Source of the DNA: an uncultured candidate division Zixibacteria bacterium
GTDB lineage: Bacteria > Zixibacteria > MSB-5A5 > UBA10806
Assembly: GCA_963801605.1 (NCBI GenBank)
Contig: CAWDFP010000006.1
Location: 160,001 to 224,000 of the forward strand
DNA length: 64,000 bases
Direction of reading: 5' to 3'
Positions 1 to 11,408 of the stretch are shown here, piece after piece. Under the pieces are notes generated by a model. The model saw only the letters and a program-made list of their open reading frames with translations, searched no databases and was not told the origin of the DNA. Both the position numbers and the translations under genes were made by a program. Positions within the stretch are counted from its first letter, which is position 1; each line of letters opens with the position of its first letter.

Positions 1-1
1 C

Positions 2-244
2 GATGAGGAATATAAAGAGCAGGATATTGAAAACCAAATTGATGAATATGATAAATTGATTCAGTCAATTGGCCTTTATGACGGCCCCAGGCGCAAAATC
101 CCTGCTCCCGATGGCAGAACGGTATCAGACGAAGCTTATGGTTGGAGCGAAAATTCGGCTCGGCGAATCGGCGCAACCGATCCAAAAGCGCATCGCGCTC
201 ATATTCGGGCGTTTCTGGAAAGACAGGGATTCGGGCTGGAGTGA
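2..244 (+). CDS. C-terminal fragment of an NfsA/NfrA-like NADPH-dependent nitroreductase (truncated by window edge)
   Basis: Frame open from base 2 (DEEYKEQDIENQIDEYD...YGWS...RAHIRAFLERQGFGLE*), which resembles the NfsA-type tail. Confidence 0.55.
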   Translation, partial: DEEYKEQDIENQIDEYDKLIQSIGLYDGPRRKIPAPDGRTVSDEAYGWSENSARRIGATDPKAHRAHIRAFLERQGFGLE

Positions 245-336
245 TTCTATCAAATTGGTGTCTAAAAAATATGACGCCAAATTAAAAGAGCGAAGGATCA
301 GAACGTACTACGTTCTGCTTATATCAGAAATAAAAA

Positions 337-1668
337 TTATTCCCCTTCGACATTCGATAAACCTGACGCTGATTGCAGGCCCCGAGCCATTTCGGGGATA
401 ATCCCCAGGCGCACATAGATTGGATGAATCATTTTCCGGAAGGCCGGAAGATTCCTGGCAAAAACCGCCGCCCCAACGATACAGAGTGAGCCTCCGATAA
501 TATTGGTGGCCGGCGCGCCGATTTTGCTGGCGAGAGTCCCCGCAAGCAGGCTTCCAAACGGCGCCACTCCCATAAATGCCATTGAATAAAAGCTCATGAC
601 GCGCCCGCGTTTATCGTCCTCCACAATGGTTTGAATCATGGTATTGGCGCAAGCCATCTGCACCATCATACCAAATCCGGTGCCAAGCAACAGAATCAGT
701 GAGAGCCAAATATTACGGGATAGCGAAAATAGAATTATCCCAATTCCAAAAATGGTAGTTGAAAGAGTTAAAATTCGCCCCAGGCCGATGACGCTTTTAC
801 GTGATGCTAAAAAGAGCGCTCCGCTTAAAGCTCCCAGACCAGTGGCGCCCATTAAGAACCCCATCGTATTGGGCCCGCCATGCAAGATATCCTTGGCGAA
901 TATCGGCATCAAAATGAGATAGGGGAAGCCCACCAGGCTAACCAGAGCAATCATAAAAAGGATAGCTCTGATAGGCATAAATCCGAAAGCGTAATTAAAT
1001 CCCTCTTTCATCCCGCGCAGGACTTTGCGGTGCTGCGTAGTCCGATCTCTCGGCTTTATTACCATAGCAAGGAGGGCAATGATAACCGCGATATAGCTTA
1101 TCCCATCGGCAAGGAAGCAAAAACCCTCCCCCACCCAGGCAATCAGGATTCCGGCGATCGACGGCCCGATCAATCGCGCTCCGTTAAACATGGAGGAGTT
1201 CAGGGCGATAGCGTTGCTGAGATCTTCTTTCTCCTCGATCATTTCGATGAGGAAAGACTGCCTGGCCGGCATATCGACAGTATTTATCAGACCCTGAAAA
1301 AGGTTGAGCACGACAATATGCCAAACCTGAATTACCCCCGTGAGAGCCAGGATAGCCATAGCGAAAGATTGGATCATCGCCAAGGTTTGGGTCACCACCA
1401 GGACCCGGTGACGATTCCATCTATCGACCAGCACGCCTGCGAGCGGCGCCAGCAGGAAAGTCGGTATCTGGCCGGAAAAGCTGACAATTCCCAAAAGGAA
1501 AGCTGATTTAGTAAGCCTGTAAACCAGCCAGCCGGTGGCCACCCGGGTCATCCAGGTACCGATAAGCGATATTCCCTGCCCTCCAAAAAACAGACGGTAA
1601 TTGCGATGCCTCAGGGCGCGGAGAATGAATTTGATCCCTTTAGGAGAATTATCGTTACCGGTTTTCAT
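337..1668 (-). CDS. MFS transporter (DHA3/EntS-like)
   Basis: About 12 hydrophobic segments; GVLVDRWNRHRVL motif A; RGRVMS motif; GAGG SD. Confidence 0.9.
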   Translation of the reverse strand: MKTGNDNSPKGIKFILRALRHRNYRLFFGGQGISLIGTWMTRVATGWLVYRLTKSAFLLGIVSFSGQIPTFLLAPLAGVLVDRWNRHRVLVVTQTLAMIQSFAMAILALTGVIQVWHIVVLNLFQGLINTVDMPARQSFLIEMIEEKEDLSNAIALNSSMFNGARLIGPSIAGILIAWVGEGFCFLADGISYIAVIIALLAMVIKPRDRTTQHRKVLRGMKEGFNYAFGFMPIRAILFMIALVSLVGFPYLILMPIFAKDILHGGPNTMGFLMGATGLGALSGALFLASRKSVIGLGRILTLSTTIFGIGIILFSLSRNIWLSLILLLGTGFGMMVQMACANTMIQTIVEDDKRGRVMSFYSMAFMGVAPFGSLLAGTLASKIGAPATNIIGGSLCIVGAAVFARNLPAFRKMIHPIYVRLGIIPEMARGLQSASGLSNVEGE

Positions 1669-1800
1669 TATTCCTCAATAAGAATTATATAGTATATTTG
1701 ACTCTGATTTCCAATAACTTGAAGAGCCAATACATAAAATATTCTCATTTTAGATTAAATTAACAGAGCGAGTATTTGTTCCGAATTACCACTAAAACTC

Positions 1801-1828
1801 AAAAGCCCGGCTAATATACCGGGCCTTT
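1801..1828 (-). terminator. Intrinsic terminator
   Basis: GCCCGG-N7-CCGGGC hairpin with a T-run on the minus strand, after the 1857..2558 gene. Confidence 0.6.
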
Positions 1829-1856
1829 GATGTAACTTTTTCGCCGTGACGGAGAG

Positions 1857-2558
1857 TTATTTCAGGATTTCGTAGTTGGAGTACCTGACCTCTCCGGAAA
1901 ACCTTATTTTGAAGATGCCGAATAAGGCTTTTGCCAAGCCGTTCATTTTCAGAGCCTTGATGACGACAAGCCCTCCCTCCATGGGCTCGAAACTCATCCA
2001 GGTTGAAAATTCCTTCAGCGCCCCCTCCGGTTTTGGTACCGAGGCATCGATCGCCCTGATAAAAAATCCCCTGCGGTCGATTTCAAAAGTCCCTTTGAAA
2101 TCGCCCTTTTTCGGCGACGATTTCGGCGCAACGGCAATTATATACGATGAATCATTTGTCTCCGTCAAGGAAAAATTATAATTTGGATTCTTAAAATCAA
2201 AAGAAAATTCATTTGACTGAGATTGATCTTTTTTATCATCGGATTTATTCTTCTTGGTCGAGTAAATTACCTGGCGCGAAATCTCTTTGTTATCGGCGAT
2301 GGTTACAGCGCTGATGACGGTATCGGAGTTCTTGATCGTGCCCTGGCTGGTCAGCTCGCTGAAAATGACCTCTTCTTTGACTTTGTATTTGGCGTGGGCG
2401 AGAAGTGAATCCTGGAGTATCATAACTGAATCAGCACGATGAAGAATCGTATTTAAGGGCAATACGGGATTCTGATCCTGGGCAGGCGCCATCCCGAACG
2501 CAAGAAGACAGGCAGCGGCTGATAACAAGAGAAATTTAATGATTAACTTAATCTTCAT
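1857..2558 (-). CDS. Secreted hypothetical protein (possibly LolA-like fold)
   Basis: Signal peptide; beta-rich sequence with YIIAVAPK...FKGTFEID pattern. Confidence 0.65.
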   Translation of the reverse strand: MKIKLIIKFLLLSAAACLLAFGMAPAQDQNPVLPLNTILHRADSVMILQDSLLAHAKYKVKEEVIFSELTSQGTIKNSDTVISAVTIADNKEISRQVIYSTKKNKSDDKKDQSQSNEFSFDFKNPNYNFSLTETNDSSYIIAVAPKSSPKKGDFKGTFEIDRRGFFIRAIDASVPKPEGALKEFSTWMSFEPMEGGLVVIKALKMNGLAKALFGIFKIRFSGEVRYSNYEILK

Positions 2559-2678
2559 AAAACCATTTCTTTACGCATAATCTGTTCCCGAAGAGATAAC
2601 TTGTCAAGGGAATTCGCCTTGACCGGCCTCGAAACGACGCATATTTTACCTATGCGTATTAAATGCTAACGGGGAAAT

Positions 2679-4106
2679 TTGGGAGAAATTTTGAATAAAA
2701 ATAAATTTAACAAGGTCACTGATGAAACCATCGCCAGCTTGCGAGAGATAGTTGGCGCGGCGAATGTGTTAAACGAAAAGTTCGATCTCGAACCGTATTC
2801 GCATGATGAGACCGAGGATTTCGTTTACTATCCGGAGGTGGTGGTCAAACCGGTTTCGACCATCGAAATCTCGGAGATAATGAAATATTGCCACGATAAT
2901 AATATTCCGGTCACAACACGCGGCGGCGGCACCGGCCTTTCGGGAGGCGCCCTACCAGTTTATGGCGGGGTAGTTCTCTCCACAGAGCGGATGAAAAAGA
3001 TTATCGAGATCGACCGCGAGAACCTTATGGCGACGGTACAACCGGGTCTGATCACCTTCGAGCTTCACCAGGCGGTAGAGGCTGAGGGGCTTTTCTATCC
3101 GGTTGATCCGGCCTCAAAAGAATCCTGCACTATAGGCGGCAATGTAGCTGAGTGCGCCGGTGGTCCGCGGGCGGTCAAGTATGGCGTTACCCGAGACTAT
3201 GTTTATGGCCTGACCTGCGTCCTGCCGGATGGGCAAATCTTTAAGACCGGCGGGAAGCTTCTAAAGAACGTTACCGGTTATAATCTGACCCAGTTGATCG
3301 TTGGCTCTGAAGGGACTCTGTGCATTGTATCCGAGATAATTCTGAAACTAATTCCTCTTCCTCTTCATAAGCGCACCATGCTGGCCCCATTCGATTCGTT
3401 GAGCAAAGCCGCGAAGGCTCTAACGGAAATCTTTAACTCCAGGATAATCCCGCGCGCGGCGGAGTTTATCGAACAACGTGCTATCAAGGCCGCCGAGGAT
3501 AAGCTCGGTAAGCCGTTCCCTCACTCAGATAAGGCGGCGTTGCTGCTGTTTGAGATCGATGGCGACAAAGCGGAGGTTCTCGATGAGCAGGCTGAGAAAA
3601 TCGGTGAAATCTGTCTGGCACATGATGCCGACGACGTTTTCGTAGCCGACAACCGTGAGAAGCAGGATGAAATCTGGCAGATGAGACGGAATATCGGGGA
3701 AGCGGTCAAATCGATTGCTATCTATAAAGAAGAGGACACGGTGGTGCCGCGCTCGCATTTACCGGAGCTTGTGGAAAAGATCGCCGCTATATCGAAAAAA
3801 TACGGTATTCTTACCATATCTTATGGCCATGCCGGTGATGGTAATATCCATGTGAATATTATCAAAAAAGATATCTCGGATGACGATTGGAACAACAAGG
3901 TTCCGCATGTCATCGAGGACCTGTTCCGCGAAGTAGTCATTCTGGGTGGATCGATTTCGGGCGAGCATGGTATCGGATGGGTCCAGAAAAATTATCTGCC
4001 CATTGCACTCAGCCCGGTAGAAATCGAACTGATGCGAAAAATTAAGGATGTTTTTGATCCCAAGGGGATATTAAACCCCGGTAAGATGCTGCCTGACGAT
4101 CAATAA
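2679..4106 (+). CDS. FAD-linked oxidase, GlcD / D-lactate dehydrogenase family
   Basis: TRGGGTGLSGG, DPASKESCTIGGNVAECAGG, GHAGDGNIH, SGEHGIG and LNPGK motifs. Confidence 0.9.
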   Translation: MGEILNKNKFNKVTDETIASLREIVGAANVLNEKFDLEPYSHDETEDFVYYPEVVVKPVSTIEISEIMKYCHDNNIPVTTRGGGTGLSGGALPVYGGVVLSTERMKKIIEIDRENLMATVQPGLITFELHQAVEAEGLFYPVDPASKESCTIGGNVAECAGGPRAVKYGVTRDYVYGLTCVLPDGQIFKTGGKLLKNVTGYNLTQLIVGSEGTLCIVSEIILKLIPLPLHKRTMLAPFDSLSKAAKALTEIFNSRIIPRAAEFIEQRAIKAAEDKLGKPFPHSDKAALLLFEIDGDKAEVLDEQAEKIGEICLAHDADDVFVADNREKQDEIWQMRRNIGEAVKSIAIYKEEDTVVPRSHLPELVEKIAAISKKYGILTISYGHAGDGNIHVNIIKKDISDDDWNNKVPHVIEDLFREVVILGGSISGEHGIGWVQKNYLPIALSPVEIELMRKIKDVFDPKGILNPGKMLPDDQ

Positions 4107-4269
4107 CCTGATAACAGCTCAAATCCATTCAACATAACCTGATAACCGCATATAGCAATTTATCTTATCTATAATTTTTTCTTCTATTTATTCCAAATTT
4201 TTATTAAGAAACCGCTCTTGTCGACCGAATATATAGACAGCGAAACTATAACCAAAAGGAGATATAAGC

Positions 4270-5475
4270 ATGAAGCGCTGTCTGATGATTCTATTCGTAA
4301 GTTTGTTGTCGCTTGTATTGATTATGGGTTGCGGCAAAGACAAGAAAGATTCAATTGCATCTGCTCCAGAAAGCACTACGGCCACCACAGATGCTAATGG
4401 CCTGGCAACCCTTACACTCGGTTCTTATACGATTAACGCCACAGTCCAGGATTCAATACACACCGGACTGGCTAATATCGAGGTGAGCGGCTATCTCACC
4501 CATAATAGCGTCCTCTTAGAAGCCTTTGACGCCGCCGCCACTTATTATCCATCGGTGATTCTAACACCACTATCAACCGGCAAGAATGGCCAATCCGGAC
4601 GTATTCAATCGCCTGAAAATATAATGGTAGCAGCGACATTAATACTTTATCGGGTTCAATGGGGAGTCATGGGGCTTGAAGGTTCCGGAATTGACGAAAT
4701 CGCCACTGATGAATGGACTACTGAGACCTGGCATAATGGATCTCTGTACGAAATGTACAACATAATCGATACCGTAAGCGCCTTTGATCACGGAGTGTTT
4801 GTAAATATGTCGCATGCAATGCAACAGGCTACCGGCGCTCCATTCAGAACCGCGGTATTCCTGCCCAGCCAGATCAGCGATTATGCCACATTTTCGAGTT
4901 TGGCCGGAGTCGTATTCCATGTCTTTATGGGAGATTCTCTGCATTTCTGCCAAATGAGTTATTCAGGAGCATCTCTTCCAATTATGCATGTCGATAATGT
5001 GACTCTGCTTCGCGATTTCTGGGCGCAGTTCACCCTGAGCTGGGGCGAGAATCCGAGAGACCTTGATTCTCACCTTTGGACTCCATCGATTATTAGTTCG
5101 GCCTATCATGTATACTTTGTTGATCATGGCAATTCAACGTCAGCACCTTTTGCCGATCTCGATGTAGATGATCAATACAGTTACGGCCCGGAGCATATTA
5201 CCATTTATCAAAGTTTCCCCGGTACTTACACTTATTCTGTATATCATTGGGCCGGAACCGGCACGCTTGCCACATCGGGCGCCAGCGTCAGTTTGTTAAA
5301 ACCAAATGGATCGGTTGAGACCTTCAATGTTCCGACAGATACGACAGGGGTTGGCTCGAATTGGTGGTGGAATGTTTGTACAATCGACGGAACCACCGGG
5401 GAGATTACACCTATCAATACCTTAACGGCGAATCCCCCGATAGATTTTAAGATGGCCACCGGGACTAAACCGTAG
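4270..5475 (+). CDS. Lipoprotein with C-terminal YfaP/DUF2135-like domain
   Basis: AAGGAG SD; lipobox LIMG-C; LSW..DLDSHLWTP and LDVDD..YGPEHITI motifs. Confidence 0.75.
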   Translation: MKRCLMILFVSLLSLVLIMGCGKDKKDSIASAPESTTATTDANGLATLTLGSYTINATVQDSIHTGLANIEVSGYLTHNSVLLEAFDAAATYYPSVILTPLSTGKNGQSGRIQSPENIMVAATLILYRVQWGVMGLEGSGIDEIATDEWTTETWHNGSLYEMYNIIDTVSAFDHGVFVNMSHAMQQATGAPFRTAVFLPSQISDYATFSSLAGVVFHVFMGDSLHFCQMSYSGASLPIMHVDNVTLLRDFWAQFTLSWGENPRDLDSHLWTPSIISSAYHVYFVDHGNSTSAPFADLDVDDQYSYGPEHITIYQSFPGTYTYSVYHWAGTGTLATSGASVSLLKPNGSVETFNVPTDTTGVGSNWWWNVCTIDGTTGEITPINTLTANPPIDFKMATGTKP

Positions 5476-5730
5476 CATAAAGCTAAAACCGGATTTACAA
5501 TATTCGAATAATAACCCTCGGGGTGCAAGCGTCATTCCGGGGGTTATTTTTATCATGAAACTCCTGCCAAATCCGCCCGGAACACAGCCTCAGCCCATAT
5601 AGTTATTTTATCTAAAGCCAAAGGCTTATATAAAGCTTGGCGGATTTATTATCCCTGATTTTGGGGTTAAGTCCGTGTCCCCCGAAATTATGGGGCGAGT
5701 TTGTATCTTTTGCAAGAAGGAGGTTGTCAG

Positions 5731-6234
5731 ATGCCGGTTAAAAGAAATAGAGGCGTTAAGTCTGAAACTGCCGGAGTTAAAAGACAGGGGAATCACGCAA
5801 CTCCCAGGCATAGACATATTAATGGTAATCATAATGGCAATTCGGGTATCCATGGCCTGTATGAAAGAGCTAAGAAAAGAATCAATGCCGCCGATATCCC
5901 CGAAATGATTAATATCGTTCAAAATCGAGCCAGTAAAATGCTTCACAGCGGCGAGGCGGAATCGCGGAAGATCGCCAGCCAGATTTCGCTTCTGGTCCAA
6001 ATGGTGAAAGAACGTCTGGATAACAAGCGCGATCTACCCTGGCGAACCGTAGCGGCGCTTACGATGGCCGTAATTTATTTTGTTGGTCCGTTCGATTTCA
6101 TGCCCGGTTTTATCCCCTTCTCCAGATACTTGGACAAGGCCGGGGTTCTGGCTATTTGCTTTATGCTCATTCGGCACGATCTCAAGGAGTATGCTGTTGC
6201 CGAGGGGCTTGATCTCAGGGCTTATGGCTTTTAG
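5731..6234 (+). CDS. YkvA/DUF1232-like membrane protein
   Basis: AGGAGG SD before ATG 5731; YFVGPFDFMPGFIP..YLD motif. Confidence 0.7.
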   Translation: MPVKRNRGVKSETAGVKRQGNHATPRHRHINGNHNGNSGIHGLYERAKKRINAADIPEMINIVQNRASKMLHSGEAESRKIASQISLLVQMVKERLDNKRDLPWRTVAALTMAVIYFVGPFDFMPGFIPFSRYLDKAGVLAICFMLIRHDLKEYAVAEGLDLRAYGF

Positions 6235-6327
6235 TCGCCTGGATATAAAATAGTTCGAATTGCGGACAGCTTGATTTATGCAGTAACGCTGTTCGGAATT
6301 AAAATTTGAGCGGTTGATAAGAGGTCC

Positions 6328-6356
6328 GAGGCAGGGTATGTTTCCTGCCTCTTTTT
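6328..6356 (+). terminator. Intrinsic terminator
   Basis: GAGGCAGG...CCTGCCTC followed by a T-run. Confidence 0.6.
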
Positions 6357-6461
6357 ATTGAGGATTTTTCAATTGGCTTGTAGATAAAAGCAGCATCTTA
6401 CTCCATACATTTTCCAAACAATGCTTGACCCATCTTCGAAGATGCCTTAATTTGAAAATCA

Positions 6462-7124
6462 ATGTTAAGCGTTGAGGGTGTCAGCAAGTACTATGGCCAG
6501 CGTCAGGCGGCCTTATCTGATATTACCTTTCGAGTCGATAAGGGCGAGATGGTTTTTCTAACTGGGGCATCAGGGGCAGGAAAATCGACCCTGCTTAGAA
6601 TGCTCTATCTCGAGGAGAAACCATCGGCAGGTAAAATCACTTTAGGCCAATTTGACTTAAGCCGTATTAAAAAAAGACAAATCCCAATACTGCGCCGTCA
6701 CGTTGGGGTTATTTTCCAGGATTTCCGTCTAATTCCGGAGCGCACGGCTGTAGAAAATGTGGCTTTAGCTCTGGAGGTAGTAGGCAAAAGCCGACGGGAG
6801 ATTATCAGGCGAAGCGATGATGCGCTGAAAATGGTTGGAATCTGGCAAAAGCGGAATAATTATCTTCAACAGCTTTCTGGAGGCGAGGCCCAGCGTGTCT
6901 CGATCGCGCGGGCGATGGTAAATGAGCCTCTGGTCCTTTTGGCGGATGAGCCAACGGGGAACCTCGATGAACAGAATTCTCAGGAAATACTGGAGCTTCT
7001 TAACGAGCTGAATATTAGAGGTGCAACAATTATTGTGGCAACGCATCAGGTTGGGTTGACCAAAAAGTACGGCAAAAGGACCCTGAATTTAGTTTCGGGA
7101 ACACTTGAAAGAAGCGCTTCATGA
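6462..7124 (+). CDS. ftsE: Cell division ABC ATPase FtsE
   Basis: [36 protein letters not shown]; followed by ftsX and envC. Confidence 0.9.
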   Translation: MLSVEGVSKYYGQRQAALSDITFRVDKGEMVFLTGASGAGKSTLLRMLYLEEKPSAGKITLGQFDLSRIKKRQIPILRRHVGVIFQDFRLIPERTAVENVALALEVVGKSRREIIRRSDDALKMVGIWQKRNNYLQQLSGGEAQRVSIARAMVNEPLVLLADEPTGNLDEQNSQEILELLNELNIRGATIIVATHQVGLTKKYGKRTLNLVSGTLERSAS

Positions 7125-7982
7125 GATCGCTGGGCAGGATATTGATTGAAATCTGGCGGTCTGTTAAATTCGAGCTTCTTTCGACATTAGGAAGCCTGCT
7201 AACTATCTTTTTGGCAATGATCCTCTCCGGCGCCTTCTGGATATCATCAAAGAATATGACCATAACGGAAGCCCGGCTAAAGAGCAGTATGACGATGGAT
7301 GTTTTCCTGCGCGGAGAGCTTTCTTCCGATCAAATTGTCTCGTCTGGCAAAGGAGTTCTCGGCGCTGTCCGGTGTGAGTGCGGCCACTTACGTATCACCA
7401 TCCGAGGCCCTATCCAAAATGAAGGCAAAGTTTGGAGCGCAAATGCTTCAAGGTTTGGAGGATGAAAATCCGCTGCCAGCCTCATTTATCTTAAATGTCA
7501 ATCAAGCGGTGCTTCAACCCGGAGCCGCCGACAATCTCACAAAGAAACTGGCACGCTACCCAGAGGTCGATGACGTTGTCTTTGCAGGAGATATTCTTGT
7601 TCGGCTGGGCAAGATTCTGCGCACCGTCGAATATTTGAGTTTCGTTTTATCTATCCTGGTAGCTTTTGCCACGATGTTCATTGTGGCTAATACCGTGCGG
7701 GCCGTGATTTCGGATAAAAGGAAAACGGTTGAGATCATGCAGCTGGTAGGGGCTACAAGAGGATATATACTCACTCCTTTTGTCTTATTTGGCGGAATGC
7801 TTGGTTTCTTAAGTGCGATTTTATCGACAGTAGCCCTCAATTGGATAACAAAATATCTATCGGTGCATCTTACAAATATTATCTTTTTAGAGCCATACGA
7901 AATCTTGGCTTTCGTCCTTTGCGGTTTATTTCTGGGCATGGCGGGCGCCATGGCTGCCACGCAGAGATATCTCAAGATATGA
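7121..7982 (+). CDS. ftsX: Cell division permease FtsX (apparent 1-nt frameshift near 7340)
   Basis: N-terminal TM half in ORF 7121..7465; ENPLPASF and EIMQLVGAT in ORF 7299..7982; ATGA overlaps on both sides. Confidence 0.85.
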
Positions 7983-9127
7983 AAGCTTCGAATTTCCATC
8001 TTTGGGGGATTATAGCGGTCCTAAGTATTGCGATTGGCATAAAGGCCGATGAAGTAAGCGACCGGAGGATCCAGCTTGAAGATATAAAAGCAGAGCTATC
8101 ATCAAAACGCGCCCTGTATGATTCGCTGGGAATCAAGGAAAAGGATGAATCTAAGAGGCTTCGCGATCTGGAACAGCAGGTGAACCTGTCAGGTCAGCTT
8201 TTGCTCAAAATAAACCGTCAAACTGATCAACTGGCCGCTATAATTTCAACTCAGAAGGTAGAACTGCAAACAACTCAGGCGATGCGAGATGAGAGGGCCA
8301 GGCTGCTTAAACAACGGCTGGTTTATATCTACAAAATGGGAGACAGGCCGGCCTGGCTCGAAATTTTATCGTCGGGAGATCCAACATCGGTTCTTACGGG
8401 ATACCGCAATATGAAATCACTGGTTGAATATGATAACCATTTAATCTCCTCCTACCATGATCTTTCAGTTTCTTTGGAGAATGGATTAAAACGATACCAG
8501 GCTAATATCGCTGATTTGAGAGACCTTCAAGCCGATCAGAAAATAGAATTAGCAAATCGCGAGAAAACGCTTCAAAACCGCAGGAAGCTTGTAAATAAAC
8601 TAAAAAAAGATCGAGGTGAGGTCGAGCGCTCAATTACCAGTCTGGAAGATGATGCCAAGGATATTGCGGGTATCATCGAGGTGTTGGAACGTCAAAACCT
8701 GATAGATACTACCCGAACCGGCCTGGTGGGCCTGGCGGCCAGCAAAGGAGATCTGGTTTGGCCGGCGCGCGGGAAGATAATCCGGGGGTTTGGAACGCTG
8801 AAGGATAAACGCGGAATAGAATTAACCAATCCGGGAATAGATATCGAGGCAAAATCTGGAGCCGATGTCTTGTCGGCGGCGTCAGGGGTGGTTATTTATA
8901 TTAACTGGCTTCGAGGTTATGGGCAATTTATTATCTTGGATCATGGGTTGGGGTACTATACTCTGTATGCCAATTTATCTGATGTACTGGTGGAATCGGG
9001 TGATCATGTCAAGGCCGGCGAATTGATTGCCTTAGTGGGCGACTCCGGTTCGCTTGAGGGACCGAAACTGCATTTTGAGGTACGTTATAAAAAGGACCAA
9101 CTGAATCCTATGGAGTGGCTGAGATGA
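7979..9127 (+). CDS. envC: Murein hydrolase activator EnvC (coiled coil plus degenerate M23)
   Basis: Signal peptide at ATG 7979; long coiled coil; NPGIDI and YTLYAN lack the Zn histidines; LHFEVR. Confidence 0.85.
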   Translation: MKASNFHLWGIIAVLSIAIGIKADEVSDRRIQLEDIKAELSSKRALYDSLGIKEKDESKRLRDLEQQVNLSGQLLLKINRQTDQLAAIISTQKVELQTTQAMRDERARLLKQRLVYIYKMGDRPAWLEILSSGDPTSVLTGYRNMKSLVEYDNHLISSYHDLSVSLENGLKRYQANIADLRDLQADQKIELANREKTLQNRRKLVNKLKKDRGEVERSITSLEDDAKDIAGIIEVLERQNLIDTTRTGLVGLAASKGDLVWPARGKIIRGFGTLKDKRGIELTNPGIDIEAKSGADVLSAASGVVIYINWLRGYGQFIILDHGLGYYTLYANLSDVLVESGDHVKAGELIALVGDSGSLEGPKLHFEVRYKKDQLNPMEWLR

Positions 9128-10299
9128 TTACGCCTCCGCATCTTGAAAAGCTATCTGAAAGACTGTGTGAATCGGCCCGAAAAGGAACGCTGAATCAATC
9201 CGTTCTCTTTGTAGGTAAGGAGGGAATCGGTAAGTTTTCGCTGGTATTGAATCTGGCTCAGACGCTCCTGTGCGAACGAGAAATGTCCACCTGTGGTGAG
9301 TGTCCATCATGCCATGAGGTTGGAAGGTTGATTTATCCTGATTTTTTGCTGCTTTACCCTTTCCCCAATCTTCGTCCCGAATCTAAGAAGTTGACTGTAT
9401 TTTCATTTTCCGATCCGGTATCGTCGAGTGCCAGGTTTTCCGAGGAGACTCGCGAAACAGTTGAAGAGCACAGGCAGGCCTTATTGAGTGATCCTTATGC
9501 ATTATCGGATTATGAAAAAAAGGATATTATCCCGGCCGAGGTGGTACGGGATTTAATTCAGGCTCTTGCCAAACGTCCGCTTCGGGGCGGGCGGCGAGTG
9601 GTGGCTGCGCTCGATATTGATAAGATGGCATACGGGGCAGCCGACTTGTTTCTTAAAACTGTCGAAGAACCCCCGCAGAATACTCATCTGCTGTTAACAA
9701 CCGCAAATCCCAATCTTCTCTATCCCACTCTGTTATCTCGAACAGAACGTATAAAGGTCCCGCCGGTACCGGAAAATATTATCGCCCCTCTTCTGACGGA
9801 GCGGCTAAAAATTGGCGCTCCAATTGGGCATTATCTTTCCAGGATTTCGGGAGGTTCTCCCGGCACCGCAATTAAGCTCTATGAGGGAGAGGCGCTGAGT
9901 CGTCGGGAGCGGATTCTGGAGCTATTCGAAAAGCTTCTTGGCGGAGCAAGCATCGCGACAATCATACACGATGTAAATTTGCAATATTCGGGGGGCAAGT
10001 ATAGATTCGATGATCTTAAAATAGAATTCGATATTATCGAAAGTATAATCCACGACCTATATATGGTTGGCGAAAATGACCTTGATAATCATTTAATTAA
10101 TGTCGATATTATCAGCAAATTCCAGACTATCAAAGCCCCGGAAAGGGAAGCGCTTGATATCTGGAATAGTACATTGGCCGAGACGAGAAGGGCTTGTACG
10201 GTTAACAATGTCGCGGCCGATGCTGGAATGGTTTTTTTATTTATCTCTTGTGCGGAGGCGATGAAAAACCTGACTCGACCCAAATTTACCTTACCTTAG
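9124..10299 (+). CDS. holB: DNA polymerase III delta-prime subunit
   Basis: GKEGIGK, C..CGECPSC zinc finger, FLKTVEEPP, TLLSR; precedes a PSP1 gene and metG. Confidence 0.85.
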   Translation: MITPPHLEKLSERLCESARKGTLNQSVLFVGKEGIGKFSLVLNLAQTLLCEREMSTCGECPSCHEVGRLIYPDFLLLYPFPNLRPESKKLTVFSFSDPVSSSARFSEETRETVEEHRQALLSDPYALSDYEKKDIIPAEVVRDLIQALAKRPLRGGRRVVAALDIDKMAYGAADLFLKTVEEPPQNTHLLLTTANPNLLYPTLLSRTERIKVPPVPENIIAPLLTERLKIGAPIGHYLSRISGGSPGTAIKLYEGEALSRRERILELFEKLLGGASIATIIHDVNLQYSGGKYRFDDLKIEFDIIESIIHDLYMVGENDLDNHLINVDIISKFQTIKAPEREALDIWNSTLAETRRACTVNNVAADAGMVFLFISCAEAMKNLTRPKFTLP

Positions 10300-10369
10300 G
10301 CTCAATTACCGGCCGTGGGGGTTAGGGCCAAGCCATTATCGCTTACGCAGTTAATTATATGGGAGAGAG

Positions 10370-11245
10370 ATGAACGCTTACATAGTTGCATTTAAGGGCA
10401 ATCGCAAAACCTGCTTTATAGATCCAAACGATCTTAAGATAGATACTGGTAAATACGCGGTCGTCCAGGCTGAGCGCGGCGAGGATTTCGGACAGGTCGT
10501 ACGGCGGGCCAAGCCCGAGGAGATCAGTCCCGAAGGAGAACCATTAAAAATCCTGCGGCTGGGCACAGATTACGATTTGGATCGCATGGTATTTAACCGT
10601 CAAAAGGAAGATGAGACTTACGACGAGTGCCTGAAATTTATATCCAAGCATGGTCTTAACATGAAGCTTGTCGATGTCGAATACCAGTTCGATTGCAATA
10701 AAATTACCTTCTTTTTCACAGCCGAAAAACGCGTCGATTTTCGCGAATTGGTCAAAGACTTAGCGGCCACTTATCGCACCAGGATTGAGCTTCGCCAAAT
10801 AGGCGTGCGCGATGAAACCAAGCGGGTCGATGGTTATGGCCTATGCGGACGCAGGCAGTGCTGCGCAAGCTGGCTTCCGGAGTTCACTACGGTCACCACT
10901 CAAATGGCGCGCAATCAAAACCTGGCGATGAACCCGCAGAAGCTTTCCGGGAATTGCGGACGGTTATTATGCTGTCTGAGATATGAGATGGAGTTTTACG
11001 AGGAAGTAACCCCGCTCTATCCGCCGCCGGGAGCTCGTTGTATGACGAAGAAAGGCCCCGGGAAAATCATCAAGGTTGATATTTTTAAAGAGAAGATTCA
11101 TATCCTTCTCGATGAAGACGGCGAACTTATAATGAATATCGCCGAACTTAAGAAAGCCAGGACGCGCGGGGAATTTAAGGTGATCGATTCGCCCGGCCGC
11201 TCGCAAACCGCGGACGACGAAGAGCTACGGAAGCTTCAGGGATAA
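10370..11245 (+). CDS. ricT: PSP1-domain protein RicT/YaaT
   Basis: RVDFRELVKDLA, RIELRQIGVRDE, GLCGRRQCC, KLSGNCGRLLCCLRYE. Confidence 0.9.
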   Translation: MNAYIVAFKGNRKTCFIDPNDLKIDTGKYAVVQAERGEDFGQVVRRAKPEEISPEGEPLKILRLGTDYDLDRMVFNRQKEDETYDECLKFISKHGLNMKLVDVEYQFDCNKITFFFTAEKRVDFRELVKDLAATYRTRIELRQIGVRDETKRVDGYGLCGRRQCCASWLPEFTTVTTQMARNQNLAMNPQKLSGNCGRLLCCLRYEMEFYEEVTPLYPPPGARCMTKKGPGKIIKVDIFKEKIHILLDEDGELIMNIAELKKARTRGEFKVIDSPGRSQTADDEELRKLQG

Positions 11246-11408
11246 CGGGATGGACACTTTTGTGGTAAAGTCCTTAAGGCTGATTTCCGTAAAGAGCAAA
11301 CCGTTGATGTGTTAGTATCCTGGCGCTGAAGACGTCCATGGATGACTCAATGGCCATCACTATATTTTCATCCGAACAAGATGTATTATATTTCGATAAG
11401 AGGAAAAG

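Noticed and set aside
880..1506. Long antisense or alternate-frame ORFs (e.g. 880..1506, 48509..49171, 59245..59985, 13550..14029)
   Set aside because: They overlap well-supported genes on the opposite strand and have no recognisable motifs or SD
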